From IMG/VR virus record IMGVR_UViG_3300032254_000001, positions 160,001 through 224,000 of that record: 64,000 nucleotides of DNA. The stretch is one strand, 5' to 3'. A program made the position numbers and the translations under genes. The notes below the pieces were generated by a model. It saw nothing but the letters and a program-made list of their open reading frames with translations, made no database searches and was not told where the DNA came from. Shown in pieces: positions 58,293 through 64,000 of the stretch. Numbering within the stretch: the first letter of the stretch is position 1; every line of letters starts with the position of its first letter. Source of the stretch: a virus. Lineage: Duplodnaviria; Caudoviricetes.

Positions 58293-58345
58293 GCAGTTTT
58301 AGGTAGCGAATCTAGTAAACTGCGGCCGTAACACCATAACGGTCC
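58293..58345 (-). ncRNA. candidate structured RNA of two abutting hairpins
   Basis: GGACCGU..ACGGCC followed with no spacer by GCAGUUU-AC-UAGAUUCGCUACCUA-AAACUGC. Confidence 0.4.
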
Positions 58346-58360
58346 TAAGACGTTATTCGT

Positions 58361-58696
58361 TTAAACATGTGACCAGTTAACTCCAACTTTACGCATCGGC
58401 GACGGTTCAGCTGGTACACGTACATGAATATCTTGCATGTTACCGTACCACTCATTAACTAATTTTGTCATTTCTTCTAGTGAAACACCGTTTGTTTGCC
58501 AAGTATATGCATCGCCTGCGTGACGCATCTGTTTGCTGTCGTGTTTACTCATGAACACTTTAAGTTGATGAGTAGCTGCACTATTTTGCTGTGCTCTGTG
58601 AGCTGCAATACTAACTTCAACATCACCGTAATTTGCATTAGGTGGAATGTCTGACACTGCTTCCATTAAGTTACGTAGCTGATCTATTTCTTTCAT
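58361..58696 (-). CDS. candidate internal head protein
   Basis: MKEIDQLRNLME-A N-terminus. Confidence 0.6.
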   Translation of the reverse strand: MKEIDQLRNLMEAVSDIPPNANYGDVEVSIAAHRAQQNSAATHQLKVFMSKHDSKQMRHAGDAYTWQTNGVSLEEMTKLVNEWYGNMQDIHVRVPAEPSPMRKVGVNWSHV

Positions 58697-58697
58697 T

Positions 58698-59045
58698 TTA
58701 ATATCCCTTAAAGCCTTGCGTAGGGCTAACTGTGTTTATTGGATCTGGTTCTTTACTTGAAGTATTTATGTGTTCTTCGTAGTTTATACCCATTTCCTTA
58801 AATGCAGCCTTGACCATTTTCTTTTCTTCATCAGTGTAAGTAACAATCATTGGACGTCCAGTTACGAAACTGTACGGGTCAATGTCATTACAATGTCCTG
58901 GAAGTCGTGCCATCAACTGTGATGCACGATATAAGTCAAGGAAACCGTCTGCTGTAAATGCTACGCCAGGAGACACTGCGGCTTGAGCCTTTAATGGCTT
59001 ACCACGTTTTGCCTCTGTGACGAATTCGCTAGCTCTCATTACCAA
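58698..59045 (-). CDS. candidate internal head protein
   Basis: MRASEFVTE-A N-terminus. Confidence 0.65.
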   Translation of the reverse strand: MVMRASEFVTEAKRGKPLKAQAAVSPGVAFTADGFLDLYRASQLMARLPGHCNDIDPYSFVTGRPMIVTYTDEEKKMVKAAFKEMGINYEEHINTSSKEPDPINTVSPTQGFKGY

Positions 59046-59272
59046 CTCATCTTATCAATGTAATTTGCTAACTGACGTGCTTCTTCTGTTGCACCGATCT
59101 TTTTAAGTACGTTAACTACTGTGTACCCTTCTTTCGAATCTGGATCACGTTCTACTGCGGCCTTACCTGCCGGAAGTAAATGCTTAACAATAAAGTACAC
59201 TTCGTCATCAGTAAAAGAACCTGCTGACTCATCTAAGCCAGCGTGTTTCTTAATAAGATCCAAATCGTCCAT
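59039..59272 (-). CDS. small protein
   Basis: MDDLDLIKKHAGLDE-S; coupled to neighbours. Confidence 0.6.
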   Translation of the reverse strand: MDDLDLIKKHAGLDESAGSFTDDEVYFIVKHLLPAGKAAVERDPDSKEGYTVVNVLKKIGATEEARQLANYIDKMSW

Positions 59273-61080
59273 TATTTCTTCTCGCCTCGGATACTAAACT
59301 CTTTATAAAGATCTAAGAAGCCATCAACACTTTCGTGTTCATTTTTAAAATAAGATTCTTCAACTTCTTCTTTCTTATCTTCATCTTCTTCTTTGTCATC
59401 TTCCTTGTCGTCTTTTTCCCAAGGCTTCTGCCATTCTTTCTTTTCTTCAGCTTCATCAACTTCTTCGTCGATAACTTCTTCTTCTTTCATTGCATCTTCG
59501 AACATGCCGTCTAACATTGATATTAATTCCGACATTGGATTGTCTCCGCCAGCTGCTGGTTTGTGCATACGCTTAGGCTTATTAAGGCCACCGCTTGTAC
59601 CATGTGTTACCATGTCTACACCAGCTTCTTTTTCATTTGGTGTGTTAGCATGTTCGATGTCACGCTCTTCGCCAATTGATTTTGCATTGTCAACGTAGTC
59701 TCTAACATCATCACCAAAGCGATCAAATAACCATTCACTTGGATCACCTGTACGTGCTTTCTGTGTACCATAAGGCATGTCTTCAATGCTGTAGTCCATA
59801 AGTGCTTCGTCAACTGCGTCATTACCGTTTGATAACCATTGCATTAAGTCTTCAGTACTGAACTGTGATAATATTTTATCTACGCCGTGGTCTTCGTTGC
59901 TAGCCATTGCTTGGGCACGTGTCATTGGAGTGTGTACTGGTATTTCGTTATCGTACAGCTCGTAATCATCATCGTCGTTGCCAAATTCAATTGCATCTAA
60001 GTCGGCGTTTGAAGGTTCAACATCGCCCCTTGGAGCAAAATCATCTTCATCGTCGTCTTCCATTTCGCTCATGCCGCAAGATGCATTTGCATTAAGCTCT
60101 TGTGGTTCTGCATCTGGTACTGGTAATTCTGTTGTTTGCATTGGCTCTGCTGGCATTTGCGCAGGTTCGCCTGTATCAATCATGCTAGCTTCATCGTCCA
60201 TGCTAGAATAGTCACCTGGGTTTAAACCTGCATTCTGCATCATTGCTGCTAACTCTTCGCCTGCACCTGGACCAACTGCTGTTACAGTAGTTGTATCATT
60301 TGCTGGGTTTTCTAAGTTAGTAGTCTGAGTCATTGTAATGTCTTCAGCTAGTAATGCATCGAAGTTAATGTTGAATTCTTCGTATACAGAGTTATTAGTA
60401 ATGTCTGCTGAAACAATGTCACTTAAATGTACTTTAACTGTCTTGCCGTCACAATCACGAACGACTGTGCCGTAATGTCCACTTGGACTACGGTTAATGA
60501 ATATGCCTCTGCGATCACCGTCTGGGTCTGAACAAATTTCAGGACTTAATACAACTGGTGTACCACGCTGTAAACGTTTACGGTGTGCTTCGTTTTCACT
60601 ATCGAAAGTTGAAAACTCTAAATCATCACCTTTGCTCATTGCTATTTCAGCACCTGGAGAAGCACCTAGCGAAAACTCGTCTAGCTTAGTTGACTCTCCT
60701 AATTCATCGTCATCGTCATCTGGGCTACCAATCATTTCGTCTGGATCATCACCGTCATGGCCCATTGCGCTAGACCATTCATCTTCATCAGACTCTTTAG
60801 ACTCTGTAGCAAAGCTGTTTTCGTCGTCGTCAACGCCCATAAATGCTGCGGCTGTTTCTTCATCGTCAAATTCTGTAGTGTTACCATCAGTTGTAACTTT
60901 TACTTTATTGCCCATGCTCTGTACTTTAGTTTGTGTTTCGCCTACACCTTGTGCTTGGCGTGACTTAACTCGTCCACTAATACGTTCTGCTGCGCCTTCT
61001 TCAACTGGTGTAAGTTTATCAGCAGCCGATTCAAGGTTGTCAAACGTCTCTAAAATGTTATAAAGTTTCATATCACTCAT
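59272..61080 (-). CDS. very acidic, largely disordered candidate prohead core/internal protein
   Basis: D/E runs; xxE-S/A sites; SGGLNKPK motif. Confidence 0.6.
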   Translation of the reverse strand: MSDMKLYNILETFDNLESAADKLTPVEEGAAERISGRVKSRQAQGVGETQTKVQSMGNKVKVTTDGNTTEFDDEETAAAFMGVDDDENSFATESKESDEDEWSSAMGHDGDDPDEMIGSPDDDDDELGESTKLDEFSLGASPGAEIAMSKGDDLEFSTFDSENEAHRKRLQRGTPVVLSPEICSDPDGDRRGIFINRSPSGHYGTVVRDCDGKTVKVHLSDIVSADITNNSVYEEFNINFDALLAEDITMTQTTNLENPANDTTTVTAVGPGAGEELAAMMQNAGLNPGDYSSMDDEASMIDTGEPAQMPAEPMQTTELPVPDAEPQELNANASCGMSEMEDDDEDDFAPRGDVEPSNADLDAIEFGNDDDDYELYDNEIPVHTPMTRAQAMASNEDHGVDKILSQFSTEDLMQWLSNGNDAVDEALMDYSIEDMPYGTQKARTGDPSEWLFDRFGDDVRDYVDNAKSIGEERDIEHANTPNEKEAGVDMVTHGTSGGLNKPKRMHKPAAGGDNPMSELISMLDGMFEDAMKEEEVIDEEVDEAEEKKEWQKPWEKDDKEDDKEEDEDKKEEVEESYFKNEHESVDGFLDLYKEFSIRGEKK

Positions 61081-61670
61081 TATATTATGTCCTTAATTTT
61101 TAAACGCTTGACCTTTGATAGTGGGCTATCTTTGTCTTCGTCTGTATCTGTTGAATATTGCGCTGCTGGTGTTGTTTCACCTGCTATTTCAAAGTCTGTG
61201 TCTGCTTCGCCTGCAAACTCTCTAGCTGCTGTTTCGTAGCTGTCTGCATATGCATCGCTAGCGTCTTTCTGCTCTGAGGTTTGATCTGGGTATTCAGGAG
61301 TTTCTAAACGTGTACCGTCTTCAACACCTTCTAACTCTTTAGTCATGCTATCGTTAAAATCTTTACAAAGCACAACTATCTTAGCTGGATCAATGCCACA
61401 CTGTTTAGCAAGTTCTGTGATTTGCTCTGCACTTCCCGGATAATTTAAAGTAACGTCAAATATATTAATCTCTTCGTTCTTTAAACCTGGAAAGCCGTGT
61501 GGGTCAGCTTGTATTGGGGTTTTCTTAGGCTTGGTGCAGTTATCTACATCAAACATATCCAATGCTGCTGCCAGCTTGTCGTAGTTCTCTTTAGGTAATT
61601 CGCCAGCAACTTTAATACGATAAACATATTGTTTAGCTGACGATGTAAAGTATTCATTTAGTGTTTTCAT
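61080..61670 (-). CDS. conserved protein with MKTLNEY N-terminus (start probably 61670)
   Basis: Late promoter 61699-61704; CTS-like start. Confidence 0.65.
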   Translation of the reverse strand: MKTLNEYFTSSAKQYVYRIKVAGELPKENYDKLAAALDMFDVDNCTKPKKTPIQADPHGFPGLKNEEINIFDVTLNYPGSAEQITELAKQCGIDPAKIVVLCKDFNDSMTKELEGVEDGTRLETPEYPDQTSEQKDASDAYADSYETAAREFAGEADTDFEIAGETTPAAQYSTDTDEDKDSPLSKVKRLKIKDII

Positions 61671-61709
61671 AAAGTGTTTATCTCGCAATATTTTTATGTA
61701 TTTATCGAT

Positions 61710-62213
61710 TCAATCAGTTTTGTCTTGATCTTGTTTTGCTGCGTTCGCTTGCTTTAGTACTTCTGCAAGTAACTCATTTCGATCTAACATCTTGCCTTCC
61801 CCAGGTGTAGCATCTGGGTCACCGCTATCTTGATCTAGCTTTGCTTTCTTAAGCTGTAGGTCAAGCATCTTTAACTTTTTATTAATCTTAGCGTTTTTGG
61901 CTGTAATAGCGTGTCCTAGGAACTGACTTGCTGAGCCTAATATCTCGCTTGCCACTCTAGCTTCAACATTCATGCCCAAGTCCATAAGGTCCTTGTAGCT
62001 GTCAATAGCTAGCTGAGCTATATCGTCCATTTCCTTATCAGCTGCATCAAGCCCTTTAATAGCAGGCAACGCACTATCAATCTTTTCTAGATTGTGCATT
62101 GTTTCTTGTGTAACTATTTCAGTGGATGGTTGCTCAGGTTGAGCATCTTCACCGACATCATCTGTGTCAGTATCTTGTGGTAAATCGAATAACTCTGATA
62201 GTTTTTTTGTCAT
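61710..62213 (-). CDS. possible terminase small subunit
   Basis: Helical/coiled-coil 167 aa; next to head completion gene; leaderless late. Confidence 0.45.
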   Translation of the reverse strand: MTKKLSELFDLPQDTDTDDVGEDAQPEQPSTEIVTQETMHNLEKIDSALPAIKGLDAADKEMDDIAQLAIDSYKDLMDLGMNVEARVASEILGSASQFLGHAITAKNAKINKKLKMLDLQLKKAKLDQDSGDPDATPGEGKMLDRNELLAEVLKQANAAKQDQDKTD

Positions 62214-62258
62214 ACACGTATTTAGTCACAGACCAAAGTGTATAAGAATTAGGATAGG

Positions 62259-62711
62259 CTATCGTCTGCCCTTTTGTGCGAAAATGTCGTGTTCTGTAAT
62301 AACTCTGAATAAAATGCCTTGCTTACGTGCCCATTTTTCAGCCATTTGCCATTTAGCCATATTCACTGCTACTGTTGCACGTTGATTTTGGTTCATGCCT
62401 TCCTTTAAAGCACTTTGATTAGCTGGCTTAATTTCAATTAATTCAGTTATAATTTTATTGTTTTTGGTTCTGTATCGTATCAGGAAATCAGGTACGTATG
62501 TTGTTTGCTTACCTGTAATTGGATGTCTGTACGGTATACGAACTGCTTCGCTAGCCCATTCAAGTATGTGATCATTGGTGTCACAAAAAATACAAAAGTG
62601 ATTCTCCCAAGAGCTTCTATAAATTATTTTGCCCTTGCCGATATACTTGTCTGGATTGCGTGGAGTGTATACACCTTGTGAGAATTTAGAGCTGCCTCTG
62701 CGTCCTGCCAT
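62259..62711 (-). CDS. head completion nuclease (gp4-like, TnsA-type PD-(D/E)XK)
   Basis: YRSSWE, WASE..IPY, YVPDFLI, LIEIKP..Q. Confidence 0.9.
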   Translation of the reverse strand: MAGRRGSSKFSQGVYTPRNPDKYIGKGKIIYRSSWENHFCIFCDTNDHILEWASEAVRIPYRHPITGKQTTYVPDFLIRYRTKNNKIITELIEIKPANQSALKEGMNQNQRATVAVNMAKWQMAEKWARKQGILFRVITEHDIFAQKGRR

Positions 62712-62713
62712 GT

Positions 62714-63085
62714 TTAACTCAATACATTTCGACCAGCATAATAATTTGGTCTAATAGGATTTTGCACACCGTACATTGTCGACGGAGAATTAATACCGTT
62801 TAAGTAATACGCCATTGATGTATTCAACGTCATTTCACTTGTTACATCTAGTGATTCGAGAAGTGTAAGCACATTTAAGCTAGTAACTCGTGCTATTTTG
62901 TATAATGACTGCGTGAAGTTTAAAGCTGCGCCTTCATCTTTCATAACGCCAGTGAACACACTTAATACATGATCATATTCATTACCAACAGATGGCTGCG
63001 GCTGTGACTCACGATTAACTGCTCGTGTTATGTTAGCGTCCGAGTACTGCGTGTCGTTTATTGTGTTTCTATTATTACTAGCCAT
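62714..63085 (-). CDS. hypothetical protein
   Basis: GGAG SD; position in morphogenesis block. Confidence 0.7.
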   Translation of the reverse strand: MASNNRNTINDTQYSDANITRAVNRESQPQPSVGNEYDHVLSVFTGVMKDEGAALNFTQSLYKIARVTSLNVLTLLESLDVTSEMTLNTSMAYYLNGINSPSTMYGVQNPIRPNYYAGRNVLS

Positions 63086-63087
63086 TG

Positions 63088-63999
63088 TTACTCCGAAGAC
63101 TTAGTCGGCGATGCCGTTGTGTTCGTTACATTAGAGTTGTCGCCCGGTGAAGGGAAATTCAATAATCTATCCGGCGCTCTTAAAGTATCTAGTACTGAAC
63201 TAGTCGCGTCTTGAATAGTATCTGTTGTAACTACATTAGCTAAGTTCTCAGCACTACCAAATGTAGTTACAGAAGCGCCTGCTTTTTGTACTGCGCCTAA
63301 TATATTGCCACTAGCTAAGTCTGTTCCAACAGCGTCAAACGTATCAGTAATGCCGCCCTGACCGAATGTTGATGATGTACTACCTGGACCTAGTGCGCCT
63401 GGTTCTGTATCGTAACGATTTGCTTCACCAAAGCCTGGAATATTCTCACCGCCTGGGCCAACATCACCGAAGCCGTACTTAACAGCTTCGTACTGAATTT
63501 GCATCTCATGTTCCATCACACCAGCGGATTCCGCATAATCATATGTGTCGTGACGCCACGACGTTATAACAGGATTAATTAATGTATACGAAGTGTACTT
63601 GCCGCCTGACATACCATATACTGTTATGTCTTTAAAGAACGCAGGTTTAGCACCTTGATCTGCATTTGATGAAATTGTCTTACCCCAGCCTGCTGCTTGA
63701 CGTGACCTTGTAGGACTGTAAATATCGCGACTATTGTAAGTTGTTTTACCGGTTGTATTTTGTTCAGGTGCACCTTCACTATAATGATAAGATGAATCTG
63801 CAAAATAATATGTGTAGTAACTATTCCATAATGCTAGAACATTGTTAGAGCTATCATCATGTAGTTTTATAGTTACTGGTTCATAATTAATTCTATTATG
63901 AACTAATCGCTTTCTGTTGTACTGGACGTATTCGCCTGTGTCCAATTTAAATGAAGGTAATTGTATTGTCTTAACCAGAGCACCAATAAGACCTTTGTC
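63088..63999 (-). CDS. tail-tube-like/baseplate (gp19/gp48/gp54-fold) protein, start beyond window
   Basis: VKTIQLPSF...PVTIKLHDD...NPVITSW.HD.YDY...MQIQYE; frame open to window end. Confidence 0.75.
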   Translation of the reverse strand, partial: DKGLIGALVKTIQLPSFKLDTGEYVQYNRKRLVHNRINYEPVTIKLHDDSSNNVLALWNSYYTYYFADSSYHYSEGAPEQNTTGKTTYNSRDIYSPTRSRQAAGWGKTISSNADQGAKPAFFKDITVYGMSGGKYTSYTLINPVITSWRHDTYDYAESAGVMEHEMQIQYEAVKYGFGDVGPGGENIPGFGEANRYDTEPGALGPGSTSSTFGQGGITDTFDAVGTDLASGNILGAVQKAGASVTTFGSAENLANVVTTDTIQDATSSVLDTLRAPDRLLNFPSPGDNSNVTNTTASPTKSSE

Positions 64000-64000
64000 A

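Noticed and set aside
1011-61063. Many ORF-track entries antisense to or nested in real genes (e.g. 1011-1460, 4438-4848, 10705-11310, 13137-13739, 53898-54629, 60497-61063)
   Set aside because: Shadow ORFs: S/L-rich composition, no SD or promoter, fully overlapping well-supported minus-strand genes
53843-61080. D/E-rich runs as DNA tandem repeats
   Set aside because: Protein-level low complexity with degenerate codons, not discrete DNA repeat elements
1-64000. Stop-codon reassignment, tRNA or rRNA genes
   Set aside because: Genes translate fully in the standard code at high density; no cloverleaf or rRNA-like segment seen by eye (tRNAscan-SE not run)

Overview
64 kb of a large lytic T4-like (myovirus-type) dsDNA phage, probably infecting a proteobacterium (inferred from the class Ia RNR, ClpX/ClpS/IbpA-type genes and sigma70 promoters). 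It is gene-dense and almost all genes lie on the minus strand; only 1-483, 6918-7688 and 37703-38089 are on plus. Contents: virion fibre/decoration genes; a proteostasis/translation block (clpX, rpsU/bS21, hsp20, clpS); ATP-dependent DNA ligase; PAAR; glutaredoxin and nrdAB; replication/recombination genes (helicase, primase, a 188-aa mini family-C polymerase core, UvsW/UvsX/UvsY, gp32); large terminase, head-completion nuclease, many acidic candidate internal-head proteins; five free-standing homing endonucleases (one broken); and scattered modification enzymes (2 radical SAM, 2 SGNH-like, 2 glycosyltransferase-like, 1 methyltransferase). No tRNA, rRNA, CRISPR array, intron or intein was seen. 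Most notable observations: (1) a textbook ROSE-type RNA thermometer in the late 5'UTR of phage hsp20; (2) a dozen or more genes whose -10 box lies 4-6 nt before the ATG, i.e. predicted leaderless mRNAs; (3) a Pol-beta nucleotidyltransferase fused to a KxDG ligase-like domain with T4-style capsid-targeting and cleavage signals; (4) a ClpX with rewired substrate loops; (5) a metallophosphoesterase lacking its metal ligands; (6) DNA-level scars: an inverted duplication, a cytidylyltransferase relic, an AUC start and 25-nt iteron-like repeats. All family calls come from motif recognition by eye, not database searches.
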